Assembly: GCF_964204645.1 (NCBI RefSeq)
Contig: NC_134033.1
Span: forward strand, 12,284,655 to 12,348,654
Reading direction: 5' to 3'
Origin: Tubulanus polymorphus
Lineage: Eukaryota; Animalia; Nemertea
Length of the DNA: 64,000 bases
Part shown: piece after piece, positions 25,852-38,000 of the stretch
How the letters are laid out: the number at the start of each line of letters is the position of its first letter
How positions within the stretch are numbered: position 1 is the stretch's first letter
Program-made: the position numbers and the translations under genes
The notes under the pieces: generated by a model
The model's database searches: none
Seen by the model: only the letters and a program-made list of their open reading frames with translations
What the model was told of the DNA's origin: nothing

Positions 25852-28800
25852 TCACGTATGATGAGATACGGACGCCGGTGAGAACTGCATATGTTGTATA
25901 CTAGAATCACTCATACTAGTCGTTTGTTCGTTCATGTCCGAGTTCTCCGAGTCGGTCATCGCCGACGACGACGTGTCGGCCATCGCGACCGGTCGAAACG
26001 TGTAACACGTCGGACTCGAAGCAGACGTCGGCAGCTGATGCTGCTGCTGCGCTAGAGACGATTTAACGCCGGCGGCGCCACCTGCTGGTACTAACTGCTC
26101 CGGGCTGCCGCTTTCTAAACTACTGCACGATATACTGAAACGATGTATATAGAGAATTCAATTAATTAACACACGATCAAATACGTAACACATAGATGGA
26201 AACTGTTTGCTTTTACGCGTGATCTAACAATCTCAACAAATTTTCCTGACTTTTCCCCGATATCAAGCTTTTTTTCTTTTACCTACAAAATTCCTGACTT
26301 TTCCCTGTTTTCCGGGTAAGTGGCCTCCTTGTTTACTGTTTAAATTAACCACCACTGGGTGCAGTTTCACGAAAAGAATGATCAATTCCCGAATAGATTT
26401 AGGCGGAGACTTAATTAATGAAAACATTTTTTTAGAAATTTTTTTTAGTTAAACCTTTTAGTGTAAGTGGATCCAGGGTTGAGATCGGTGTCTAATGAAA
26501 TTTCAAAGTTTTCCCATCATCTTTTCTTAATCAAAACTTCTTTTTAAAGATTTTTTACTGTGCAAAAAAACCTCGATTATTTTTTTCACATTTTGTGACG
26601 TCAAAATTGTTAAAATATGAATATTCTGTACGGATCATTAATCTTTTACGTTTGCATAAGAATTGAATTTTCCAGCCCCCTCCCCTTGTGCCAGCCCCCT
26701 CCCCTATCTTTTGACATAACAGAACATCTGTATTTCCTCTTGGAACTAAATCAAAATTAACCAAAATTCCACCACGACTGGTGTCGATGTGGGCAGTATA
26801 TCAATCCCCCTCCCCTTGTGCGCAAAATTGGCCATTTTTTCCAAAACATTGAGCATAATATTACACAATTTCAACCCTCCTCAAATAGGGAACATACAAA
26901 ATTTTGTAAAATTTCACACATTTCAAAATGTTCACATTTTTTTCCAATAATTTTCACAGACATTCACAGACAGAATTTCCAGTGAAGTTTTCAGTGAAAC
27001 CGAAATAAATCTACGATGAATTTCTGAATCAATAATCATAAAACAAATACGCACCTGTGTGTAAGAGGATGTGGTACGATTAATCTGTCCGGCGTACCGG
27101 GTCCAGAGCTGAAGCGTTTCGCAGGACTCATATTAAACGAACAAAAATCACTATCTCCATCCACTGAAATACGTAAAAACAACACGATCAAATGACATTA
27201 ACAAAGAAATGACGGATTTCAAACTTCAGATTCGGGGGGACCAGTTTCACGAAGATGATAAACTAGTTAGTAATATGAGGTCATGTCGCTGGTCTCTTGT
27301 CAATCCAGGGTTCACAGGTTTGGATTCTGGCAGTGGCAGAGTTTCCCGGTCAAGTTGGGAAAAAAGTCTCAAACCTGCTTGCAAAACCCTGATCGTCGCA
27401 TGTCAGGTTTAGGGCGGAAAAGTTCAGTTCATTTTAACCTTAAAAGTCGGGAAAACTGGACCTACATTTGCGGATAATTATCTAAAATCTTAAACTTACG
27501 TTTACGTTTTAAACTCAACGAACTCGGTTTCAACGCGATCGGACTCAAACTTCTTCTGGAAAATAGAAACGTTCACTCGTTAAGATATCACTAAATCTCA
27601 GAAATAAATGCGGGACTTCAGGGGTCAGATGCTCAAAAGTTGTTAAGTGTTTACTAAGCGGATAGTTGACATAGCGACAATTAAAAGTTCATTGTTACTA
27701 TGGTATTTATCCGCCGGTTTTCTTTGATAAACTTTTGAGCAACTGACCGCAGTATCGCACATATACAGTAAATCTTGCTATATCAAGGCGCAAAAGTCTA
27801 GTTTAAGACAGACATAAACCTCGTAGTCATCAGCGCACGTACCTGGTGAAGGATTTTCTCGTCGGACTCGGACTTGGACTAGGCGTTAAAGCCGACTGTT
27901 TAACGGGCGCTGCGTGAATCAACGGCGAATAGCATTGCTGGAGAAAAATAGGTCATTTGATAGACATTTATTCATCGAATATGTATAACAGGCATACTGC
28001 TATACACCCCAGTGCGGTGTATAAACACCCAAGTGCGGCGTATCGTTAGTTACTAATATTTCACAATGATTGACAGGTGATTCTTAAAAATCGTTTCACT
28101 GCCATGTAGTCAATTGGCAAAGTCCATCCCAGATTCGCACGGTAGTGTAGACACGCTGAAAGGGTTGATATCGTGGGTCTTAGTTTCAACTGCAATTGCT
28201 ACTTTTACATCGAGGCTACGTTTCTTACCTTTCTGTTATTAAGACGTGTCGGTGAACCGGTGAATACATGCAGTGATTCACTGAGTGAACGTTGTCTGTG
28301 CGGACCACTATCTGTAACCATCGCGTCATCCTAGAAACAACCATCAAACCTTTCAAATCATACAACTCACGTTAAGCTCGTGACCGACAATAAAACCGAC
28401 ATGGGGCATATATTGATCCAAAAGAACTAAGATTGGCAGACCACTAAGGACAGACAGATTGATCCCACTGAACATAGACCGCCACCATTCGACAGGGAGT
28501 GATTTCACAGAGCTGAGACCAGCTCCCCACATGGGACAGAGAGTGATCCCACAGAACTCAGACCAGCTCCCCACATGGGACAGGTAGTGATCCCACAAAG
28601 CTGAGACCAGCTCCCCACATGGGACAGGTAGTGATCCCACAAAGCTGAGACCAGCTCCCCACATGGGACAGGTAGTGAACCCACAGGGCTGAGACCAGCT
28701 CCCCACATGGGACAGGTAGTGATCCCACAGGGCTGAGACCAGCTCCCCACATGGGACAGGTAGTGATCCCACAAAGCTGAGACCAGCTCCCCACATGGGA

Positions 28801-30571
28801 CAGGTAGTGATCCCACAGGGCTGAGACCAGCTCCCCACATGGGACAGGTAGTGATCCCACAGGGCTGAGACCAGCTCCCCACATGGGACAGGTATTGATC
28901 CTACGGAGCTGAGACCAGCTCCCCACATGGGACAGGTAGTGATCCCACAGGGCTGAGACCAGCTCCCCACATGGGACAGGTATTGATCCTACGGAGCTGA
29001 GACCAGCTCCCCACACAGGACACGAGCACTTACTAGATGTAAATCTTCGCAGACGTTTGATATTAACATCGCTGACTGAGTCTGGCGTTCGTGTAGCACT
29101 TCTCGATCTTGTGTCTCTTCACTTTTAATCTGATGTAATCGAGTTGGACACTTTATATTCGGCTGAAAATCAAACAAAAAAAAGATAGAGATAAATCCTA
29201 CGACGAGGGTCGACGTGAACTAAGATACAGCATCGCCGATTCAAATTCAATGCTTTCAACACAACTCAGTACCCATTTTAACTGCTAAATTGAGTAATTT
29301 CTGAAGGAATCAAAGGCTGAATTTGAGGGGTCGAAATATCCTGCATGGGGGAAGTGGTGAAAGGACCCTGCGTGGAGTAGTGACAATACCCTGCATGAAG
29401 GGGTGACAACACGCTGCACGAAGGGGTAACAATACTTACTGATGATGTAGACTGCGCTGGTTGTTGCGGGTTATTCAATGCTAGACTACTTGTACTGAAT
29501 CTACGAATTCGACCCAGGTTACTGGTATCCTGGGTCAGACGAGGTTGTGGCGTACTGGTCAAACTAATACAAAAAACAAAACAATTTCAACAATTCTAAT
29601 ATCGCTGTTTCTATAAATCGACTGTTCATAACTTTCTTCAAATCAAGGTGACCGTAATCGATTCCCGGGGTTTTTTCCAGAATTCTAAACTTTCCCTGTT
29701 CTGATTAACGCCAGTAGACTAGGGGAGACTAAAGAGTTGTAAATAGACCCCAGTAGTAAGCTATCCCAGGTGAATATTCCAACTTGCATACAATATATTT
29801 TTCATAGCAATTTAATGTTATAGAGTTATATGACCCAGTTCCACATTTGTTAGTTAAAATTTGACCCCGAGTTAAATCATTGAAAATGAACTAATCTTAA
29901 CTCGGAGTTAACTCTAACCCACAACCGTGGAACCGGATCCAGATGACAAACACGGGAGAACATTAATCAGTGAAAAAATTCCCGGGGAAAGGCAGCAGAT
30001 CTTATTTTCAGAGTATTCTAGATCGATGTGCGAAAAATTAAATTCAATGTCCACACACGAGGCTAAGAATGCGTCTGGAGGTGACAAAATTCTAAAATTT
30101 TCTGGGGAAGACCACGACACCCCCGGATGGTCCTGCGATAATGTCTTGTAGTCAGGATTCAGTGTTTTCAATAAGAGCCAGGTCCCAGGTCCCAGACCCG
30201 TCTGTCGCTGTCGTGTAAAGGACCCGTCGTCTGTGTAAAGGACCCGCCTGTTTTTTCAAACCAGCTTTCATTTCCAGGACTGTGACATATTATGGGACCC
30301 TCCTGTTTTTCAAAGGGACCTGGCTTGTTAATCTCTTATCGAAAACACTGGGATTATAGGCTGGATCCACGCTTGAGGTGCGATATACTTACGTAGGGCA
30401 GGGTAACTGGATATTGATCATCGGCGCGCTGTTACACCGTTTCAACGAACCACCGACGCCACCGTTACCGCTCGACGCGCCACCACCAGTGGTCGAGCCG
30501 GCGCTCGTCGACGCGCCTACCACGTCAACATCCATGGCGTTGAAAGCCATGGATGTATCTGATGTCGCCAT
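25852..30571 (-). CDS. FAM122A: FAM122/PABIR family PP2A-B55 inhibitor
   Basis: Exons ~30571-30393, 29563-29440, 29162-29034, 28330-28229, ~27937-27844, ~27555-27500, ~27163-27055, 26134-25852. Motifs LKRCNSAPMI, RLHQIKSEE, REVLHERQTQSAMLIS, QCYSP, PSPSPTR and RSLSP...LKRK. Probable 5'UTR exon donor near 32243. Symbol is family-level (co-ortholog of FAM122A/B/C). Confidence 0.88.
28505..29018. repeat. Intronic 44-bp minisatellite, ~12 copies
   Basis: Unit CTGAGACCAGCTCCCCACATGGGACAGGTAGTGATCCCAC(AAAG/AGGG), starting every 44 bp from 28513 to 28997. Confidence 0.96.
30160..30350. mobile_element. MITE with CAGTGTTTTC TIRs and 5-bp TSD
   Basis: GGATT|CAGTGTTTTCAATAAGAG...CTCTTATCGAAAACACTG|GGATT. 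Second copy at 25080-25240 is flanked by TCACC/TCACC. Confidence 0.8.
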
Positions 30572-33500
30572 CTATCAGCTACGAGCGACACCGCCGAACG
30601 AGCGACTTCATATTACCGAACTATTAGTAACCGATCTGAAAAGATTTAATCGAGAATATCATCGAAACAATCACAGAAAACTCTTTTAATTTGAAGACAG
30701 AAATATAAGAGATGCAATGAACCTTGCTTTTCACGAACATGATGCCAAACTCAGACAAAAATAAACTCATTTTCTGACATATCAAGTACGTAAGACAGGC
30801 AAACCAAGGATTTGATCATCAAATTTCCCCGACTTTTAGCATTCTCTTTTCGACAAAATTCCTTGACTATTCCCTGGCTTTTTTTTAAAGAAATGAAATT
30901 TCCCTAAATTCCAGGTAAGCGGCCACCCTTATAGCCGCAGGTATGTCAGCATCGTAACTGCCTAAAAACACGTCTACAACAACACCAATTAAAAAATAAC
31001 CAAACAATAAAAGGCAATACTACGCTTCGGCGGTTGCCATGGAAACAACATCATCACCGGTAGCAGTGTTGACGTACGTTGACGTTAAAAAACAATCGAT
31101 TCCATAATTTTTGTCGCAAAAAGATGTGACAAACATCCACCGGGGCTGGAACTAACAACAATCAGGTTCGGGTGAAACATGAAATTTTTGCTGCATAATT
31201 GAAACGCAGAGCTCAGACCACTATTCCAAAATTGTGCAGCAAAACAGATGTGTGCGAGTTAGTTTTATTAGCGTGTAAATCCAGGGGCTGCTTTTGGCAT
31301 ATCTTAGCGTACACACTGTTTTTTTTTTTACACGCAGCACCCAATTCTATGGAATAATCGACGTTTTAATCTTCGGAACTATAGATGACATTGACGATGA
31401 AAATCTCATCTTCCTTTAAAGTGAACATTTATTAGTAACCCTTACTGCAGGGCCCAGTTTCATGAAAAACAATTAAGCCTAAAATGTTCAAGTTTGAATT
31501 GTTGTCCTCATTGAAAACATGAAGTAACCAATGGCAATTAAACCAAAAATTTGAGTTTTAATTTTTACGAAACTGAGCTTAGGAGTCAGATTCACAAAAA
31601 AATATTTAACTCCAGAAGCGATTTAATTTCTTCATTATTTCAGTTTATCTTGACCCTTACAGTGCATATACACCGCAGTGCGGTGTATTATTTGGTGATA
31701 AACTTTGCTAAGTACACCGATGTTTAGTAAAGTTTTTATCTCAATTGAAAGATGGCAGCACCTGTCAAACATAGTGGAGTATTAGTAATTAATGATACAC
31801 CGCACAGTGGTGTAGATGTACTGTCGCGATGTGCCCGCAATTCAAACCACCGCCAGTGCCAGGATGGAATCTTTTCACATTTTCAAATTATCTCAACTTT
31901 CGGATATTTATTAGTCAGCACCGTAAGGGTTTTGAATCAAAATTATCATCAAAAGAAATTGCGGTGGTCGTGGATGTGTGGTGCAACTTCAAAAAAAAAA
32001 AAATGTCCGTCCCTCGCATAACCAAACGATAGTACCACTACTGTAGTAGAATTGTGACCGAAACTACAGTCTCACCAAATAATTCAATTACCCTGCCTGG
32101 ATAAATACCAAATACCGAGCCATGAGTGCAATAAATGTAACGAAAGTCGAAAATGTCGAATGATGAACGGAGTGGAAACAGACTCTATCCGGTGGGACCG
32201 TAATCGAAAAAAATCGAATATTGCACGAAAGCTTCCACTTACCGACAAATAATCTTCAATCCCTACGTGCGCCACTGGTCTACACCTTGTACATCTTTTC
32301 ACACGACTCTCAGCCAGTTAATAACCGGTTTTTTTAATCCGAATTTCGGGTATTTTTCATGAATTTTTTGTTGCTGACTGCAGGTAATTTAGCGTCGATG
32401 TAACGCGCGTTCTGACTGGTCGGCGTCATCTGTCAAATATTCGTGTTTTTTGCTTCGTTTGCGATTTTAGGACGATTATTTACGAGTCGTGTTATTGCAT
32501 ACGATCGGATACGGATGGTTCTAGATTTTGCATCGTTTTTCGGTTGGACAATGGCGATAATTTAAAGAGAATTAATTAAACACGCGAAGCAATTAGAAAA
32601 ACTCATCGACCAATCGACGAGAGCCTTACGAAATGCGCTCGGCTCGTGTTCAGTCACTTACCGCAGGTTGCAAATTTCGATTGCCACAGTAAGCAACGGC
32701 CTATGTAGCTTCGAATCCCGTTAAGAATTTACGATAATTAACTCTCTCCTATGTTCGAACCCATAGATAGTCAAAATGCGTGTCTTGGTGGCAAAACGGC
32801 TTTTCTGCTTTCAATATCTATCTTAAGACATATTCATCAGGGCCTTATTTCACAAAAAAAGGATTTATCCCTTAAATCGACGGATTATACTTGGTGAATT
32901 GAATTAATGAAGAAGTCAACTCTGCTGGACTGTAAAGTTAGATGGTACAAAAATCTATTTGGGACCTATGAAAATAATCTGGATTACGAGAAATCCTCAT
33001 TTGTTATCATACTCAACTTGGTTAATCGAATGGAACCAGGGATGACCAAATATAGAAGGTGTCTACTGATCCATGCCATCGAGGAGCCCTTTTGTCAAAA
33101 CGGAGAACATTGAAACATGTAAATTTGACACTTTTCCTCGCGGAAATTTCAGCTTTTTGGAGTTATTTCATCTGGGACTACACAGAATCCCAATAGAGAC
33201 CATTGACTTGACTGGTCCTGGTCAAGCGGAATCTATTGTATTTTTCCGCCATGCCAATCAAAATTTCCAAAATCCTCAAAGGGCAAAACAAGGATAAATT
33301 GTATACTGACTCATATAGTTTTATTACAAATTCAATTTCTCAAATTTAAAGTCATAGACGAATGCACAGTTTATATTTCAAGCAGACACGATTCAGTAGT
33401 GATGCTATAGTTGAACTGTAGTAGGTTAGGGTTGGACTAGATAAGAGCACAAACTCAGAAAACAACAATACTGACACCAGTTCTACACAGGTTTCACCAC

Positions 33501-35077
33501 AGGCAATTGAATATGGGCTTCGATAATAAAGAAATATCTAATAATTCACCAGATATGTTATTCCTACTTCAATCATCCGCCATATTTTATAGTGAATTTA
33601 CCCATGATACAACGCGCGCCCCTCTTCTATTCTATACTTGACTGTATAGTGTATAGATAGATCATTGGTAAAACATATGCATCATGGATAATTAAGATGG
33701 CAATGGCTGTGAATTTTTCATTGTAGATTACGGTAAATTTCATCAATTTCAATGCAAGTCAAAGCACATATTCAAGCGCCAGTGTTTCACATAGTTAATT
33801 TCAACTCAAGAAATGTAGAACTGAAGTCAAGATTTCCTTTTTTTTGCGATCGTACAAAAATTGCACTTAATACATGAAAGAAAGCTTCAAGATATTCCGA
33901 TAATTTGCACTGAATTTACGAACGGAAACCAAGAAAAATAAGCTTATACAAAACAATATTGAGTAATAACACAGTAGACTCGGTACTCGGGAAACCAGGG
34001 TTGAACATAGTGGGGACAGTTGTTTTTCCCCAGAAATTACTGAAAAGCATCCATTTTGCAAATATTATCATTACGTATTTTTCCGATAGAAATTTAGTGT
34101 AGAATCCTTCACTTGGGACTGGCAAGCATTTTGTTATAGGCCTAACAGAGTTTTTGTTAGGGCATAAGAAGAATCATTACATCGGTTTTTGACTTTAGGT
34201 AACTACCCTTCGTTTCTCTGCTCCTCATTATTCAAATGCTAAGTACGGCCCAGATTAGTCTGTGAATTTTTGGCGATTTTTCATCGAAAGTAAGAAGAGT
34301 TGTTTGCCCTGTAACTCGTCGCGATTAGAATTGCTTTTTTAACTCACGGTTTCTTGAAAATAAAATCACAATTTTCCAAAGCAAAACAGCGCAGAATAAC
34401 ATAAACAACGCCTCCCACAGATTGAGAGACATTTTAATACACGGGTAATTAAGTATTTATTCCCTTGGCACATTACGAAGAAAGGTTTATAATATTGCAG
34501 TATCCCTTTGTAATCAAGGTACCCTTACCTTCAGTTAGCCTTAAAGCTTATCAGATACCCTTTCATCTTTTCGGGGCACCCTTTACAACTTATTAGTTAC
34601 CTTCTCAGCTAATCAGGTAACCATAAACCCTGTCAATTACCCATTCAGCTTATCAGGTACCCTTAGAGACCCTAATTAGGGATCATTCATTTATTACGTG
34701 CGCATAAAGTTTGACTTTTTCAAAGACCCCCTGTACGCAAAATCGGCCATTTTTTCATATACATTAAGCATTACAGTACACAATTGCTCTGACCCCTCCC
34801 CCTCCCCTAATGCGTACGTAATAAATGAATGATCCCTTACTTATTGTTACAATGAATATATGAATACAAGTCACGATGTTCCTTTTGGACGATGGAGTAA
34901 GAAAACGTCATTTTTAAGGCTGTTTATCGAATATAAATGCTTTGCCTCTTTAACGTCACACGCGAATTCATCGTTATTCACAGTAACCGTCGTTATTGTC
35001 GCGGTTTATAGTCACAGCAACCACGAATATCATCTATCCTGCGGAGACGAGCTGTCGTCTGCATCGGACTACGAATA

Positions 35078-38000
35078 TCATCTATCCTGCGGAGATGAGC
35101 TGTCGTCTGCATCGGTCGACGACGAATGAACTTCGATCATCGTGCTGCATCTTCCTTTCGATTCGTCGTCATCGTCGTTTTCTGATTCCGAATTTTCTGG
35201 AGTCGAAGGCAGTGACGCGGCCATACTTTTACGTCTGCAAAAAGTAAAACGTCGAATCATTGAAAATGAACTTCATTCCAGCTCACGATCAAAACATGGG
35301 TCCCGGTTTAAAAAAAAACAGTTTTACTCAAAAATTAAACTCAAACAACACTATGGACCGCCTGCTCAACTGTCAAATTACCTGGCTTCGATTCGGGCAC
35401 ATTTCGGACACTTTCCGGCTACGTAGCACATATGATGGAAGCACGCACAACATTTCTGGCATTGAGATACACGAGACAACTCAAACGGAAACAACAAATC
35501 TTTGTCGTTGTTACAAATTTCGCAAATGAATCCTTTCGCTTGACACAACTGAAAATAGAATTCGGAAAGCGTGATCGTCGAGATATCTTAGCTCCACCCC
35601 CTAGATATCTAAACTCCGCCCTCAGTTTCTCACTCACCTGACAATCACTTATATGACAGACGGCTTCGATGACTAAATTTCGCAGCTGCGGCAGAAACTC
35701 CCCGTTCTTCACCTTCACAAGGTCGTTGATCGAGTAAAGGTCAGGGTCGCTTAACCAGTGGGATGGCACATTTCGCAACATTTCCCATAACCTGAAGAGA
35801 GAGAGAGGGAAAGATATCGTTTAGAACAACTGCAAGAACGCTGCAGCAAATTCTGGGGTAAACACGAAGCTGGATTTTCAACATAAACAGGGCAGCAAAT
35901 TTCAGGGGACGTAGACGAAAATTTTTCTGTCAAATGTGTTTGATAGAGAAAATCAAATTAACAAAAGCAGATTGATTATAAGGGCAGTAGCCAAGTGGCG
36001 ATCAACCACTGGACATGCCAGTCCAGGGTTTATGGGTTCAGATCCTGGATACAGTAGTTTCATGGTCAATGGTTCTTCTCTCCACTGTCTCTCATCCAAT
36101 AAGAAACCATGATAATAATACCCCGAGTGGCGCTCAGTGAGTGAGGGGAGGAAAAGAAACCTTGAATCAGCTACCCGGTAATAATACCCTGAGTGGGGCT
36201 CAGCGGGTCAAAGGATGAAAAAGAATGTGTATAATTGTTTGTACGTACCGCTGTCCGGCTCGGCAAATCTGCAAAAATCCTTGAATATGAAACAATTGCA
36301 AACGACATTCGCGAATGTATTCCAACACTTTCTGTTTACGATACAACGACGCGTTGATGTCGGCGATGTTGAACAGCGGATCCATGTCGATCTTCGCGAG
36401 TAGTTCACGCGCGAAATTCGACACGTAATACTTGTTGAAGTCCCATTTCTGTAGAATCCGGCCCGGTATGAACGCCGTAGAATTCGTGTGACAGCACTGA
36501 CAGAACAGTTTACCGAGATACTCGCAGTAACGATAACGTTTCAGATACGCTGAAATTCGAAAATTCAAATCTGTTTAAACGGTCACCAATAAAGAAATTA
36601 TGATAAGTTGCTTGAAAACAACATTCTCACTTTTGATAGACTCAACAATAAGAATTAATTGTAATCAGTAAAGCCACAACAGAATCACAACTATAACAAA
36701 ATTCATCCCTGAAAATAGTTACAGCACAATCCATTTCGCCCTTCTTTGCTTAGTATATTTCAAACATTATACCGGATGAGGCTGAAGTAACTCAGTTTCT
36801 GAGTAAGGATGAAAAATAGTACAGGCAAAGGTCGAATTTTAAATTCAAACTTAAGATTCCTCTCATAACTGTCGAAGAGGAACCCAGGAATCAAAGAAGC
36901 ACTTTTATATCGAAAAATATAAAACTACAAACCTGGTTCAATTTTACAGCCACATCCAGCACAGAAATAATTCTGTTTCGCCATGATCTCTTTACGTCTG
37001 ATGAAAAAAAAAATTAACAAACAATTAATTATTAGAACCAAAATATACCGGTATTTCTCTCTGGTAACTGAAAATTGCACACTTCTTTATATTCAGCTAC
37101 GAATTCATTTTGATATATTATTCGTGCTTTCAGCTTACTTTATTGTGAGGTGAACGTTGAAGATGATTTGAGATCGAGGAGGGGCCCATTCAAGGTTACC
37201 GCGAATACGAGTCTGAAGAAGAACATTAAGACACAAATTTTACCCAAAGACACACTTACAACTTTCATTATTGTCAGTTTTCTAAAGAAGAGAAATTTCC
37301 TTGACTTTTTGATTTCCAGGTAAGTGGCCACCCTGATTATATGTCGCGACTAAGGCAGTCATAATTCAATAATCAGTGATTTTCATTTTTCAAATATTTA
37401 CCGCTTTGATCGATTTTTGTTCGTTGTTCTGCGCGTCGTCAGGGGAAACGGGCGTCGAGTTCGGAAGCGGCAACAGCTGAAAATAACAACCAGTAGTTTG
37501 ATGATGTCGTGGACTTCGTGGAGCCTTTTCAATCCTTTTCATTTCAACCACGACGAATGTCGGATAAAGTTTTTTCGTATGAATATGAAAGAGTAGCCTA
37601 CACAGGAATAAGCTTACTGTCAGAAACTGATAGTGTAAGAATTTTTTGATGAAATGTTCACCCGAAAAGATACAAATTCCGAGAGAACAAGCATAGAATT
37701 TGTTTCTGAATTACTCTGCTGTATCGGCCAACAAAAGGGGTAACCTCGATAAGAAGGCAGGGGATCCATGCAGGTATTTTGGATCACAATTTCTCACCTG
37801 CTGTGGAACCTCTTGTTCCGATATCAACCACACGAGTTCGGACGCCTTCGGAAGTTGTCGATCGGAAAACTTTTTCATCAGCGAAATCGCGATCGTTTCG
37901 GCCGTAACGACGGCGCCGTTATTGTTGCCGTCGTCTAATCCCGCCTTAGCCGAATCAGTCAGGCTTTTTTGAATATCGGCATCTGCAGAATAGAAGACGT

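Noticed and set aside
28353-29016. Three Cys/Trp-rich ORFs and a CRISPR-like periodicity
   Set aside because: 44-bp tandem units with no unique spacers, no cas genes and a eukaryotic intron context; the ORFs are frame permutations of the repeat.
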